64,000 nucleotides of DNA from a virus (IMGVR_UViG_3300050821_024084:37022-101021); one strand, 5' to 3'; positions 26,101 to 36,017 are shown, counted from the first letter of the stretch. Numbers and translations are program-made. The notes: a model not told the origin generated them from the sequence alone.

Positions 26101-29100
26101 AAGGACCTCGCGCGCTGGCTTCGGGATAACTGCCCGGGACGGGCATGGGAGAAGCGCATTCCGGTTCGGTTCAAGAACCTCGGCCCGGAATGCCTCGCCG
26201 CTCTGATGGAGGGTCTGACACTCGGAGATGCGCATCTCGGCCCAGCTGGTCAGCGTTACTACACAACGACAAGCCCTGGTCTTGCAGACGATGTGCAGGA
26301 GATTTTCCAGAAGCTCGGGTGTGATGCCTGGATTCGCCAGACGAAGATGGAGAAGTATTTTTCTGGTGAATACGGTGAGACTCCGTATGGCGGTCACGCG
26401 CGACGGCAGATGTATGTCGTCCGGGAACGGATGCAGGATGCTCATATGGTTCCTGCGCCTGTGCCTGTTTCGTACACCGGAAAAGTCTGGTGCGTGACTG
26501 TCCCCGGTGGGGTGGTCTATGTCCGGCGGAATGGTCGCGCTATCTGGTGCGGGAATACTATCCCCGGCATCTATATCAGCCCCGGGGACCCCAACATGAC
26601 CCCGAATCAGATCCGGGAACTGCAAGACGCCCTGAACGCGATTGCCGGGGACCCCGCCTGGCATCACAAGGTCATCGTGCTGCCGCCCGGCTCCAAGACC
26701 GAGCCGCAGCGCCCGGTGGATCTCGCTGACCAGTTCGACGAGATCCTGATGACTGAAGTCTGCATGAACTTCGACATCAACCCGATGGACCTGGGCATCG
26801 TCCCCAAGGTCAGCACTGCCGTCTCGCCGTTCGCGGCGCGTGAGATGGCGCAGGCATCCAAGACGGTGCACGAGCGGACCGCGACCAAGCCGCTGCTGAA
26901 GTTCCTCTGCAACATCTTCGACTCCATCCTGCATCGCGTCTGCGGTCAGGATGATATGAAGTTCACGTTCGAGGGCCTGTCCGAGACGCAGGACGAAGCC
27001 TCGATGACGGATCTTATCGTCAAGCAGGTGCAGTACGGCATCCGGTCGGTGGATGAGGGACGTGCCGAGCTGGAGCTGCCCCCCTGGAATCTGCCCGAGA
27101 CGTCCGGTCCGGTGGTGTTCACCCAGATGGGTCCGGTGGCGTTCGAGCAGGCGCAGCAGCTTCTCCAGGCGCAGGCAGCTCCGCAGCAAGGCAGCGACAC
27201 CAGTCACAACGGGCCGAAGAAGGCCACCAGCACCTCGGGCCGGGGCGACCAGTACGGCGGTCCGGGGCGTCCCCGGCACAGCACCCCGTTCCCGGCTCCG
27301 CAGTCCACCAAGCCTAGCTCGGACGTGCCCCCGGAGCGCGCCGGACGGGGGACGCCCGCGCACGATGCAGCGCGCGCCGGGATGGGTGTCACCGCGCATG
27401 CAGCGGCGAAGGCGGAGCTCGGGGCGCTGACCCGGCACCTGAAGAAGGGCCGTCAGATCTCCACCTGGGAGGCCCGGCACATCCCCGGGGCGACCCTGGC
27501 GGCGATCTCCGAGGATCTGGCCAAGGGACTGTCGGTCGAGCAGGCGGTGGACATCGCCGCGCTGATCATGCTCGGCGAGGACGTGGTGCTCCCAAAAGCG
27601 GAGATGCGGCAGTGGCCGGGGTGGCAGCGTGATCTCGGGCTGGTCGGCGCGTACACGGAGATCATCCGGCATGCGTTCCGGACAGCGGAAAACGAGGACA
27701 TGCAGCTGCGCCGGGATCAGGCACGCGGCGTCGTCACCGTGACCCCCGGGGTGTTCCGGGACATGACCGGGCAGATCCTGCGGGATGCCGTGTCCGGGGC
27801 GCTCGCACCGCTGGTGCGGGATGCCTGGAAGCTGGGGTACGAGTCCGCTCAGGAGCTGGCCGGCGCGTATCCGCACGAGATGCCCGGGGTGATGGACGCC
27901 TTCCTGGCGACAGAGCTGCGGCACTGGTCGGAGCAGATCGGCCGGACGGGGCTAGGGAACGCTTCGCAGCGGGCGGAGCTCATCGCCCGGACTGAGATCT
28001 CCCGGGCGCAGTCCGCTGCCGCGCTCCAGTGCTATCGCGATTCCGGGGTGGCCTACAAGCATCTGCTGACCGCGCCGGACGACGTGTGCCCGGCTTGCCA
28101 GGGGGACGCTGCTGACGGGGACATCCCGCTGGACGCGGCGTTCGGGTCGGGGAATCTCGGGCCTCCGCTGCATCCGGCGTGCCGGTGCGCTGTCGCTCCG
28201 GCCGGGATCGAGGCGGAGCCTCCGCTGGCGCATCTCGGCAAGGCGGAGCAGGATGCCCCCGCTGAGACGGTGGCGTTCCTGCTTATCCGGGCGCTGAACG
28301 TCGAGGGCAAGTGGCGCTATCTGCTCCAGAAGCGGGGGGAGAGCAGCTCGAACCCTGGTGAATGGGGCCTTCCGGGCGGGACAGCACATCCGGATGAGAC
28401 TCCGTGGGCAACCGCGATGCGGGAGTCCGAGGAGGAGATGGGCGCGCTGCCCGGCCTGGCACCAGGGCAGGTGATCTGCGACATGCTGGACGACAGACGG
28501 CAGCGCTTCACGTTCGTCTGCGAGACCGCCTGGTTCGAGCCGTCAATGGACGGGTCCACCCCGGAGGAAGTCGCCGGCTGGGGCTGGTTCCGGCCGAGGG
28601 AGATCGCGGAACTGGACCTGCATCCGGCGTTCGAGCAGACCTGGGAGCTGTTCCGGGACGCTGAGAAGGATCGCAGCCGGTCCCGGGTGCTCGTGAACGG
28701 CCAGGAGATCTACCCCGAGGACAACGAGGAAGAAGACGACTGGCCGCCGGGGGGCGGCGGGGGGACGTATCCGCATCCGCATCGCGCTGACGGCACGGAG
28801 GTTTTCGCCCTCGGCGGGCGGCCGGGAACCGAGCCACCGCGCTGGGACGGTGATGAGACTGAGCCGTTCGTCGCGCTGCCCGCCGGTCCGGCGGGCGCGC
28901 ACGGGGTCCGGGAAGGCCGCGCGGCGCTGCCCCCCGCTGGCGGCACGAGCCCGCACGTCGCGGACGGATCGGTGAAGAAGCCGCGTCCGGCAGACAACGG
29001 CCCGGATGAGGATGATGATGCCTGGTGGCCGCTGGTGCGCGGACGCCCGCCGAACGCGGTGGGCAAGGGAGCTAGTGACTACTGGGACCCGAACCCGGTC

Positions 29101-29511
29101 GAGCCGGAGCATGTCCTGTCGGTCATGCGCTCGAATTTCCCGGAGGACGTGCTCAGCTGGGTGAAGCGAGCGCACTGGATCGGGCCGGTGGAGGTGCCGT
29201 GGGAGAGAGTTAACACCAAGGATGCCGACAGCTGGGCAGCCAGCCATCAGCGGGACGCGGTGCACCGGTTCGCCCGGCAGATCAAAGCCGGGACGGGGCA
29301 TCTCAATCCGAGCATCCTGGTGCAGCGACCAGACGACGATAAGTGTGATATAGTGGACGGGCATCACCGGGCTCTGGCTCGCCATCAGCTCGGGAAACCG
29401 GTGCTCGCTTATGTGGGTTTCGTTCATGCGGGAGACATGCAGGCCGCGCTCGAAACTCACAGCAGTCAGTTCCACTCCGGCAGTAATCCGCAGAACAAAG
29501 GAGAAACATGA
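23119..29511 (+). CDS. Portal protein with two inteins, fused to MuF, Nudix and ParB-like domains
   Basis: Portal LVDGATIRP and PYG..LE; MuF ARTE...CPAC...PPLHPACRC; Nudix GG-x4-E-x7-RESEEEMG; ParB DGHHR. Confidence 0.9.
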   Translation: MARRSTLMAAKYMPGAASPTSAPQNAGAPYYGLVSPLAQQLANERGYSNSYGPFLPRPAQTFTEGAFGPFSPILPVPVDAPPVEDGLPDPRLFEYQVGWNLPVGQPGTEGLKLVDFATLRTLGDLYSVARACIEKRKNEITGLDWDIVPTHEASKAYQGDRKANRDLGERIAKAKKFFRQPDPDYFSFGEFLTAVLEMVFVYDALSIVLRPKRGKGMGKGLLGSDLDCLELVDGATIRPLLGMHGEIPRPPCYSEDTEILTRGGWKLFSDLKGTEEVATRSKDGVFEWQRPTHYVNEAYTGPMVQFSGRTIDCLVTPDHRMLTTVGPDGWSEASRVRDSKGRICGHADGKDGTQREWITSAQRLLERKQAGAKKDDRLVAVSSWHGRELRSATFTVTGQVFRWDDGDVHRAEGPEIPADVRDHSVEMTGDQYAAFMGMYLSEGGLIHDREKHGYRITISQTANGKGIAEYGQLIQELFGDLRRGSGGWNIWRKALWRYCHQFGYAPDKFAPPEVLDMSRRQLKIFWRYYWLGDGHTEHTQEQEVVATSSCLMAGAFQEIIQKLGYSSSARPSGDGYYRLRTRKTAYPGYNAKQADYSGRVYCVTVPNGIVYVRRNGRAVWSGNSPAYQQYLYGVPRSDYMTMITQRDIDEGGLAGSEIQSFTSDQLLYLRTTPRRWTPYGFANLEQSLIPVLTGLQKQAYQLDYFREGCYSPDTEILTKDGWKLFPDLTYDDELATRSEQGDFRWHRPEAILSYDFDGELLAFQSKAVDQLVTPGHRMIVQHLPSYVRDHPATPEHGWHVRLAKYFAEHPSAQFQMPATSRWTGPEPEYQEIDTWRKVKRQYGTEKAITWLREHLVPGEWAPSAQVLKSAQAAGVGRNSLERAKDVLGIQSRRVGSTRSGRGVSFWEMRLPAEDLAVLERAEEIRTGSRRIPMKEFCGLLGLYISEGWVRSDRNDVLIAQHADNPRIERIREILDSTGLHWSYQESNQRFAVCSKDLARWLRDNCPGRAWEKRIPVRFKNLGPECLAALMEGLTLGDAHLGPAGQRYYTTTSPGLADDVQEIFQKLGCDAWIRQTKMEKYFSGEYGETPYGGHARRQMYVVRERMQDAHMVPAPVPVSYTGKVWCVTVPGGVVYVRRNGRAIWCGNTIPGIYISPGDPNMTPNQIRELQDALNAIAGDPAWHHKVIVLPPGSKTEPQRPVDLADQFDEILMTEVCMNFDINPMDLGIVPKVSTAVSPFAAREMAQASKTVHERTATKPLLKFLCNIFDSILHRVCGQDDMKFTFEGLSETQDEASMTDLIVKQVQYGIRSVDEGRAELELPPWNLPETSGPVVFTQMGPVAFEQAQQLLQAQAAPQQGSDTSHNGPKKATSTSGRGDQYGGPGRPRHSTPFPAPQSTKPSSDVPPERAGRGTPAHDAARAGMGVTAHAAAKAELGALTRHLKKGRQISTWEARHIPGATLAAISEDLAKGLSVEQAVDIAALIMLGEDVVLPKAEMRQWPGWQRDLGLVGAYTEIIRHAFRTAENEDMQLRRDQARGVVTVTPGVFRDMTGQILRDAVSGALAPLVRDAWKLGYESAQELAGAYPHEMPGVMDAFLATELRHWSEQIGRTGLGNASQRAELIARTEISRAQSAAALQCYRDSGVAYKHLLTAPDDVCPACQGDAADGDIPLDAAFGSGNLGPPLHPACRCAVAPAGIEAEPPLAHLGKAEQDAPAETVAFLLIRALNVEGKWRYLLQKRGESSSNPGEWGLPGGTAHPDETPWATAMRESEEEMGALPGLAPGQVICDMLDDRRQRFTFVCETAWFEPSMDGSTPEEVAGWGWFRPREIAELDLHPAFEQTWELFRDAEKDRSRSRVLVNGQEIYPEDNEEEDDWPPGGGGGTYPHPHRADGTEVFALGGRPGTEPPRWDGDETEPFVALPAGPAGAHGVREGRAALPPAGGTSPHVADGSVKKPRPADNGPDEDDDAWWPLVRGRPPNAVGKGASDYWDPNPVEPEHVLSVMRSNFPEDVLSWVKRAHWIGPVEVPWERVNTKDADSWAASHQRDAVHRFARQIKAGTGHLNPSILVQRPDDDKCDIVDGHHRALARHQLGKPVLAYVGFVHAGDMQAALETHSSQFHSGSNPQNKGET
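23872..24987 (+). mobile_element. LAGLIDADG intein 1 in portal (372 aa)
   Basis: CYSEDTEIL...VTPDH...GMYLSEG...LGDG...VWSGN/S. Confidence 0.92.
25243..26556 (+). mobile_element. LAGLIDADG intein 2 in portal (438 aa)
   Basis: CYSPDTEIL...VTPGH...GLYISEG...LGDA...IWCGN/T. Confidence 0.92.
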
Positions 29512-29846
29512 CCACGCCCACGCCTCCGGCATCGACGCCGACCCTGACCCTGACCACGGATGCAACGTCCTACGTTGTCGGGTCGACCCTGACCCTGACC
29601 GCTAATTACGCGGACGTCCAGTCCACGCCATCCACCCTGACGATCTCCGTCACCGCGACGGACGCGCAGGGCAACACCGTCTCCGCGACGGACTCGGTCA
29701 CGGTAGTCCAGCAGGTCAGCGAGCTGATGACCGTGGTCCCGACCGACTCGTCCAACGACACGTACACGCTGGTCAGCAACACCGTCTCCAACGGCACCGG
29801 CACGGCGATCTTCACCACGACTGTCGGCACGCCGCCTGCGTCCTGA
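29508..29846 (+). CDS. Thr-rich Ig-like virion protein
   Basis: Beta-strand T/V pattern; AAGGAG RBS. Confidence 0.65.
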   Translation: MTTPTPPASTPTLTLTTDATSYVVGSTLTLTANYADVQSTPSTLTISVTATDAQGNTVSATDSVTVVQQVSELMTVVPTDSSNDTYTLVSNTVSNGTGTAIFTTTVGTPPAS

Positions 29847-29945
29847 TGGCGCTGCTCACGATCACGGCCACGGCGACGGACTCCGCTGGCAGCACTGCCA
29901 CCGGATCCGTCACCGTGACTGTCACACAGACAACCGGAGGTGACG

Positions 29946-30119
29946 ATGGAGCGAGCACGCGCGACAGCCGGAGCGACAATTGACGGCATCACCGTGGATC
30001 TCCGGGTGACCACCGACAAGGCCGGGGATGTGCTGTGCATGCTGGAATGCGACGGCCGGGAAGCCGCCGTTATCTTCCAGAAGAACGGCGAGATCAGCTT
30101 CGACGTTCCCGGTTCATGA
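29946..30119 (+). CDS. Small hypothetical protein
   Basis: 57 aa manual ORF with GGAGG RBS. Confidence 0.45.
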   Translation: MERARATAGATIDGITVDLRVTTDKAGDVLCMLECDGREAAVIFQKNGEISFDVPGS

Positions 30120-30134
30120 CTCAGGAGATAACCG

Positions 30135-30614
30135 ATGGCGATTTCTGACATCTACGAGGCGAACTCGGGACTGATCGCGGTCGCCTCGACCGGCGGCACG
30201 GTTCCCGTCATGTACGTCCAGGCTCCGGCGTCCAAGCGGACGTGGATCGTGGGCGTGCGCGTCGGCGTCGGCGTGACCACGGCGGCGACCGGCAACTCGG
30301 TGCTGTTCGGGCTGTCCCGGAGCACGGTTGCCGCTGCGGGGGGCACGTACCTGGCGCTCAACGCCAATGACAGTGCAGCCGGCTCCGCGTTCACGCAGGC
30401 GTATGCCTCATCGTTCAGCTCGAACCCGGCTCCGGCAGCAACGGGTTTTCTCTGGCAGCAGGAGCTTCCGCAGTCCACCGGGTCATCCTGGGAGGAATTC
30501 CCGCCTCTCGGGTACGAGTGGAGCATCCCGGCTGGCGGGACGGTGGCGTGCTTCGCGGTGCCCTCGGTGAACACGTCCACCCCGGTCTCATTCCAGCTGG
30601 TGATCAGCGAGTAG
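30135..30614 (+). CDS. Virion structural protein
   Basis: AGGAG RBS; beta-rich composition. Confidence 0.65.
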   Translation: MAISDIYEANSGLIAVASTGGTVPVMYVQAPASKRTWIVGVRVGVGVTTAATGNSVLFGLSRSTVAAAGGTYLALNANDSAAGSAFTQAYASSFSSNPAPAATGFLWQQELPQSTGSSWEEFPPLGYEWSIPAGGTVACFAVPSVNTSTPVSFQLVISE

Positions 30615-30663
30615 GCAACCCCGGTTCCGGGCGGTTCCTCTGACGTAAAAGGGCGTTGTCCTG

Positions 30664-32523
30664 ATGACTACGTACCGGCTGATGGACGGCCAGTCGGGTC
30701 GTCCCGGGAACGGCCCGGCATCCGGCACCAGCTACAGCGGGGCGCTGGTTGTCGGGACGATGTTCTGCGTCAGCGCAGGCGGCCTCTGGTTCGAGGGCTT
30801 CTGGTGGTGGGTGCCGTCTGCCAACGGTGACACCGCAAGCGGGCAGAAATTCTGCCTGTGGCAGCTGTCGTCGGCGAGTAACGGGCTGCTTGTCCCGAAT
30901 AGCACGGTCACCGCCGGGACGCTGACCGCTGGCGCGTGGAATTACGTGCCGCTGGCGACTCCGCTGCTGCTGTCGCCATCCGCCTCAAACAGCTACGGGG
31001 CGATCTACCTCGCTGCAACCGGCAAGACGTTCACCTCAGGGTTCCCTGAGACGAAGAACCAGTTCGGCTCCGGTGACACCTACAGCGCCGGGATCACCAA
31101 CGGGCCACTGATCGCACCATCGTCCAGCAGCGGGAGCGCGGCTGCCGGATCAGCGTTCTCCTGGACCAAGCCGCAGTGCCCCTACACGGTCGCGTCTGAT
31201 CCTACGGTCGACATGCCCGGCCAGAATGACAGCGACGCGAATCTGTGGCTGGACGTGCAGATCGCAGATACCCCGCCGTCAGGTGCAACGTACCGGTGCT
31301 TCCCGAACGAGCCCGCATTCGTCGTGCCCGGGGTAAGCGCGCAGTCTGCCGCGTACACGCTGGGGCTGCACTTCGAGCTCACGGAGAGCTGCTCGCTTGA
31401 GCGGATCTGGCACTACTCGCCGCCGAGTGCGACGGTGCTGCCCACACGATGCGGCATCTGGCGTGAGAGTACCCAGGCCGAGGTTGCCGGCACGGGCAAC
31501 TCGTCACCGACGTGGTCAGGTGCGGCGGGATCAGGATGGGTGTCATGCGATTACACCAGCTCGGGGGTAGTTCTCGCTCCGGGCGTCGAGTATATCGTCT
31601 CCACATTCACGAGCGACAATACCGATCCGTGGTTTCTCGCGCAGTCCGGCTTCTGGGGCAGCACTCCCGGTCCGTTTCCCAGCGGCATCACGCAAGGTCC
31701 GCTGGAGGTCCTGGGGAACTCGGCTGCAACCCCCGGTAATGACTCCTGGAATCAGAGTACGGTCTGGACGTACCCGGCCACCAGTACCGAACCTGAATAC
31801 GACGGCATCGATGTTGAGGTCAGCCCTGCCGCCGCGAGCACAGGAACGCCAGCGAACGGCGGCAGTATCATCCAGCGGCAGCCGTCTCAGCGGAACCGCC
31901 TGGTTACCCGGCATCTAGCCGGGACACCTCCGCTCGGGACAGCGCGGACCGGCGGGGCTGTCGTCCGGCATCGCCCGGTACGCGGCACCTGGCGATCCGT
32001 TACCGTGAAGGTCAGTCCGTCCGGTCAGGCTCCGGGCGGCCTGGTCGCCCGGCGGAATGCTGAGCAGATCGCACGGGTGCTGTGGCGGCATGGTCCCGGA
32101 GTGCTGCCGCCTGGGTCTCCGGTCAGCGGGAAGAGCATCACCCGGCGCTCCTCAGCCCGGGTCGTGTGGCACGGTCACGGGGTGGTCGTGCCTCCCGCGC
32201 AGCCGGTCACCGGGGGAGCAGTCAGTCACCGGGTCCGGCCGGCGATCCGAGCCGTCTGGAAGTCGGCTGCCGGGACTCCCGCGCTGCCTCCGGGCAAGGG
32301 CGTCGTTCCGCCGCTGATCGCGGTGTGGCGGCGCACCTGGCGACGAGGGGTGTGGAGCAACCCGGTCCCGCAGGGCGCGAACCGGGTTGTCGTCAGCGGA
32401 CCAGGGCTGACGATTGTCGCGGCGATGCCGGAGCTCACCTGGGATCCGGGTCCGGCGGAAACGAACTGGGGGACCGGCATGCCGGAGGTGACATGGGAGC
32501 CTGGCCCGGCGAGCCTCGCATGA
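30664..32523 (+). CDS. Virion protein with two DUF4082-like beta domains and Arg-rich repeats
   Basis: Duplicated 'LG..F...W' domains; repeated 'RxxWR' units. Confidence 0.6.
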   Translation: MTTYRLMDGQSGRPGNGPASGTSYSGALVVGTMFCVSAGGLWFEGFWWWVPSANGDTASGQKFCLWQLSSASNGLLVPNSTVTAGTLTAGAWNYVPLATPLLLSPSASNSYGAIYLAATGKTFTSGFPETKNQFGSGDTYSAGITNGPLIAPSSSSGSAAAGSAFSWTKPQCPYTVASDPTVDMPGQNDSDANLWLDVQIADTPPSGATYRCFPNEPAFVVPGVSAQSAAYTLGLHFELTESCSLERIWHYSPPSATVLPTRCGIWRESTQAEVAGTGNSSPTWSGAAGSGWVSCDYTSSGVVLAPGVEYIVSTFTSDNTDPWFLAQSGFWGSTPGPFPSGITQGPLEVLGNSAATPGNDSWNQSTVWTYPATSTEPEYDGIDVEVSPAAASTGTPANGGSIIQRQPSQRNRLVTRHLAGTPPLGTARTGGAVVRHRPVRGTWRSVTVKVSPSGQAPGGLVARRNAEQIARVLWRHGPGVLPPGSPVSGKSITRRSSARVVWHGHGVVVPPAQPVTGGAVSHRVRPAIRAVWKSAAGTPALPPGKGVVPPLIAVWRRTWRRGVWSNPVPQGANRVVVSGPGLTIVAAMPELTWDPGPAETNWGTGMPEVTWEPGPASLA

Positions 32524-32864
32524 AGCTGATGGCACGGCATCTGGCGGAGCTGCTGAAATCAGCAGAGACGCCAGTGGTCTCGACAGTTCATCATCCGCTG
32601 GGACGCGAGGGACTCTGGCACACGCCATCGAAGAAAGTACCGGAGAAACAACAGCTTCCCGCGTACGTCCAAAATACGGCACGTGCGCTCATGCGCGACC
32701 ACGGAATGGGCGAAAGCGAAGCAATCGCCACGGCGATTAACGCCGTCAAGGCGTGGGCGCGAGGGGAAGCGTTCGGCGGGAAGGTCAAGGTCACGCCCGA
32801 AGTGCAGGAGGCGGCGCGTCGTGCGCTAGAGGAGTGGGCGGATCTCCGGGCGTCACATCACTGA
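32520..32864 (+). CDS. Conserved head-module protein
   Basis: LPAYVQNTARALMR..GM.ES.AIA. Confidence 0.6.
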   Translation: MKLMARHLAELLKSAETPVVSTVHHPLGREGLWHTPSKKVPEKQQLPAYVQNTARALMRDHGMGESEAIATAINAVKAWARGEAFGGKVKVTPEVQEAARRALEEWADLRASHH

Positions 32865-33133
32865 TCGTTGTCGTCCTGGAGCCATATCCTGCGATGCAGG
32901 TCGTCGGCTTCGCTGGCTTCCAGCACCATCGTTATCGTGATCTCGTGCATGCCTTCATCAAGCCGGGCCGAGGTCAGCTTCTGCGGGCGCTTGAGGGAAT
33001 TCAGTATCTCGACCTCCCGGAGCGCACTCCCGAGCAGATCGCGTATCTCGTAATTGTTCACACCGTCCGGATCGTGCTTCAGGCGCAGGCGCATCTGCTC
33101 GATCTCGGTGGCGAGGCCGGTGTAGTAGTACAT
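32858..33133 (-). CDS. Antisense hypothetical protein (leaderless)
   Basis: TGCTATACT-N6-ATG upstream of MYYYTG. Confidence 0.55.
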   Translation of the reverse strand: MYYYTGLATEIEQMRLRLKHDPDGVNNYEIRDLLGSALREVEILNSLKRPQKLTSARLDEGMHEITITMVLEASEADDLHRRIWLQDDNDQ

Positions 33134-33194
33134 GCGCCCAGTATAGCAGGACAAACGTAAACGACTACAGCCACGCACCACTCAGGGAGGACTC

Positions 33195-35996
33195 GTGGCA
33201 ACGACACTGACCGACAGTGGTGAGCTGACCTTTCTCAGTTTCCCTATCGAGAAGACCGAGGAAACAGCCGACGGCGACGTCATCGTCTGGGGGAAGGCCA
33301 CTGACAGCACGGTGGACTCTGACGGGCAGATCGTCGATGCTGCCTGGTCGGCGAAGGCGATCGCGGAGTGGCTGCCTATCGGTAACGTTCGCGTTCAGCA
33401 TCAGGCTCAGCGTGACCCGGCCGGCAAGGCCATAGATGCATCCTACGGCAGCGACGCGCACTATGTCAAGTCCCTGATCGTCGAGCCGGTTGCCAAGGAG
33501 CTGGTCAAGAAAGGTGTGCTGACCGCCTACTCGGTCGGCATCGCGCGTCCGGTCATCGAGCCGGATATCAGCGGCAAGGCACGCGGCGGGATCATCAAGG
33601 GCGGCAAGCTGGTCGAGCTGTCACTGGTGGACCGGCCCGCGAACAAGAACTGCGGTATCCAGCTCGTCAAGTCCGAGGGTGACGCCGGCCCCGAGTGGAC
33701 CGGCAAGGTCTGGGGAGACGAGGAGCTGCTCACCAAGGCTGCTGTGACCGAGCCCGCTGAGGACAGCGAGACCGAAGATGAGCCGACCCCGCCGTCAGCC
33801 TCGGCGGAAACTCAGCCGACCGTCGGCAAGTCCGTGACGATTGAGCTGCCGGAGGACGTGTCCGTGGCGTTCACGCCACGTGATCTGGAGAAGATGCTGA
33901 CGCGCCGGGGAGCTGCACCCGTCCCGGATACGGAAAAGCGCGACTTCGACCCGAACGTGGGGACGCACGGCACTGATCGCGACGCGATGTCCGGCTCGGA
34001 CTTCGCAGGCCGGGACCGGTCGTTCCCGATACATGATCAGTCCGACGTCTCCGACGCGCTCCAGTCTATCGGCCGGGCGGGCTCGGACAACTATGATGCT
34101 GCCACGCTGCGCGCGAACATCAAGCGGATCGCGCGCCGGAAGGGATTCTCCGTGCCGGGAGACTCGGATTCAGATAAGCCCAAGAAGAAGGCCAGCAAAA
34201 GCGAGGATGCCCCGGTGCTGACCGAGGAGCTGCTGGAGGCGATCATGAAGACCGTCTCCTGCGACATGTGCAAGGGCACCGGCAAGGTGGATGGCAAGTC
34301 GTGCCCGTCGTGCATGACCAAGGGCATGAACCGGATGGACGCCGATGACCACGACGACGACTCCGACGCTGATGAAGACGACAAGGGCGCGGACAAGGCG
34401 GCCAAGAAGCCCAAGGGCAAGAAGCTGCCCCCCTGGCTGAACAAGCCGGATGGCAAGGGCGACAACGACGCTGACAGCGACTCCAGGAGCGACAAGGGCG
34501 GCACGCCAGCCGATGGCGTGACCGGCATGCATGCCGAGCCTGCGCCCGTGCACCGGGAGCCGGACGGATCCGACATCGAGTCGTTCGAGAAGGACGCGAG
34601 CCTGAGCGACGGCGACAACGAGAAGCCGTCCCGGCTGGAGTCGCAGATCGAGGGCAAGCTAGAGCGCGACGCTGTGCTGCACTTCAAGTCACTAGGTGTT
34701 GATCACCAGCTCGGCGTCCTGCACGATCTGTGCTGCCCCGCCTACGCTCCGGAGGACGTGGCGAAGGCGCACCCGGGCTCGGACTTCGCGAACATCGACC
34801 TGGAGTGGTTCGCTCGCAAGGCGATGGACCTGGCGGCAGGCGGCACGCTGGCGGAGGCATCCCGGGCGACCCTGGCCTGGACGCAGGCCCGGACGCTCAA
34901 GACCCTGACGGCTGGCCAGATGGCAGAGCTCCAGGCGGAGGCGCACAAGGCATTCCGGGATGCGAATCCTGGTCCCGGCAGCGCCCCGGTACCTGGCTGT
35001 GTCAGCCCCGAGAAGTTCCACCGACCCTATCTCACGGCGGGACACGCGGCAGAATCGGCCAGCGGGCACGCCGACGGACCGAGCGCGACCATCCCGTCTG
35101 GTCAGATCCACGCCGAGCAGTTCGGGCGCGGCTTCATCTCCGACGGGCATGCGGCGGATTCCCCGGCGAACAAGGGCAGCGTCCCGCAGAGCGTGGACTA
35201 CGTGCCGGTCGTCCGGGAGAACGCGCAGGCGGCGATGCGCGCGATGCACGATCACGTCGCGCAGACTTTCCCGGATGTGTGCCCCATGGAGATGTCCCGG
35301 GATGAGCACACGGTCATGTCGAATCCGGTTCCGGTTCCGGGTGGCACGCCTGCGACCAGCGCCGCACGCATCGGGCAGGTGCACAAGACGGAGGACGCCG
35401 ACGAGCAGATCGAGAAGCTGCTTGCCGAGGCTGAGCTGGAGAAGGCGCAGAAGAAGATGCGCAAGAAGCTCGGCAAGAAGGTCCTCGCCGGCAAGATGAC
35501 AGTTGACGAGGCCCGGTCCAGGCTGGGCCGGACCGTCACGCAGAAGGCGGAGGAGCCGGAGCCTGACGTGCAGAAGGCGGCTGAGACCGCACCGGTATCG
35601 CGCTGGTCTGACGGCAGTCCCGTGCCGCCTGTCTGGGTCACGAATGGCGGTGTCTCGCCTGACCTGATGAAGTCGGCCCTCGACACGGCCCTGGAGCCGC
35701 TGCTAGCCCGGCTCGGTGAGCAGGACGTCCTGCTCAGGAAGCAGGCCCAGATGCTGGACGCGCTCGCGGACCAGCCCGACCCGGCAGTCGCCCCCTTCAA
35801 GGGCCTGGCTGCCAACCCCCAGAAGATGGCTTCTGCGCGCCCGGCGGGCGCGCAGTCAGTGGCTGAGGTCGCGGAGCGGACTCAGGCCATGATGCTCCGG
35901 GAGCTGGAAACTCAGTACCGGACAGCCGCGCATCCTGCGGAGCGGGAAGCGGCGTTTCGTTCCATGATGAAACTACGAGGTCTGAATACGCAGTAA
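33195..35996 (+). CDS. Prohead protease/scaffold fusion
   Basis: DSDGQIVD, VRVQH, AYSVG, ELSLVDRPAN, then long acidic/coiled region. Confidence 0.88.
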   Translation: MATTLTDSGELTFLSFPIEKTEETADGDVIVWGKATDSTVDSDGQIVDAAWSAKAIAEWLPIGNVRVQHQAQRDPAGKAIDASYGSDAHYVKSLIVEPVAKELVKKGVLTAYSVGIARPVIEPDISGKARGGIIKGGKLVELSLVDRPANKNCGIQLVKSEGDAGPEWTGKVWGDEELLTKAAVTEPAEDSETEDEPTPPSASAETQPTVGKSVTIELPEDVSVAFTPRDLEKMLTRRGAAPVPDTEKRDFDPNVGTHGTDRDAMSGSDFAGRDRSFPIHDQSDVSDALQSIGRAGSDNYDAATLRANIKRIARRKGFSVPGDSDSDKPKKKASKSEDAPVLTEELLEAIMKTVSCDMCKGTGKVDGKSCPSCMTKGMNRMDADDHDDDSDADEDDKGADKAAKKPKGKKLPPWLNKPDGKGDNDADSDSRSDKGGTPADGVTGMHAEPAPVHREPDGSDIESFEKDASLSDGDNEKPSRLESQIEGKLERDAVLHFKSLGVDHQLGVLHDLCCPAYAPEDVAKAHPGSDFANIDLEWFARKAMDLAAGGTLAEASRATLAWTQARTLKTLTAGQMAELQAEAHKAFRDANPGPGSAPVPGCVSPEKFHRPYLTAGHAAESASGHADGPSATIPSGQIHAEQFGRGFISDGHAADSPANKGSVPQSVDYVPVVRENAQAAMRAMHDHVAQTFPDVCPMEMSRDEHTVMSNPVPVPGGTPATSAARIGQVHKTEDADEQIEKLLAEAELEKAQKKMRKKLGKKVLAGKMTVDEARSRLGRTVTQKAEEPEPDVQKAAETAPVSRWSDGSPVPPVWVTNGGVSPDLMKSALDTALEPLLARLGEQDVLLRKQAQMLDALADQPDPAVAPFKGLAANPQKMASARPAGAQSVAEVAERTQAMMLRELETQYRTAAHPAEREAAFRSMMKLRGLNTQ

Positions 35997-36017
35997 CACC
36001 AGAAAGGAGAAGTTCGC

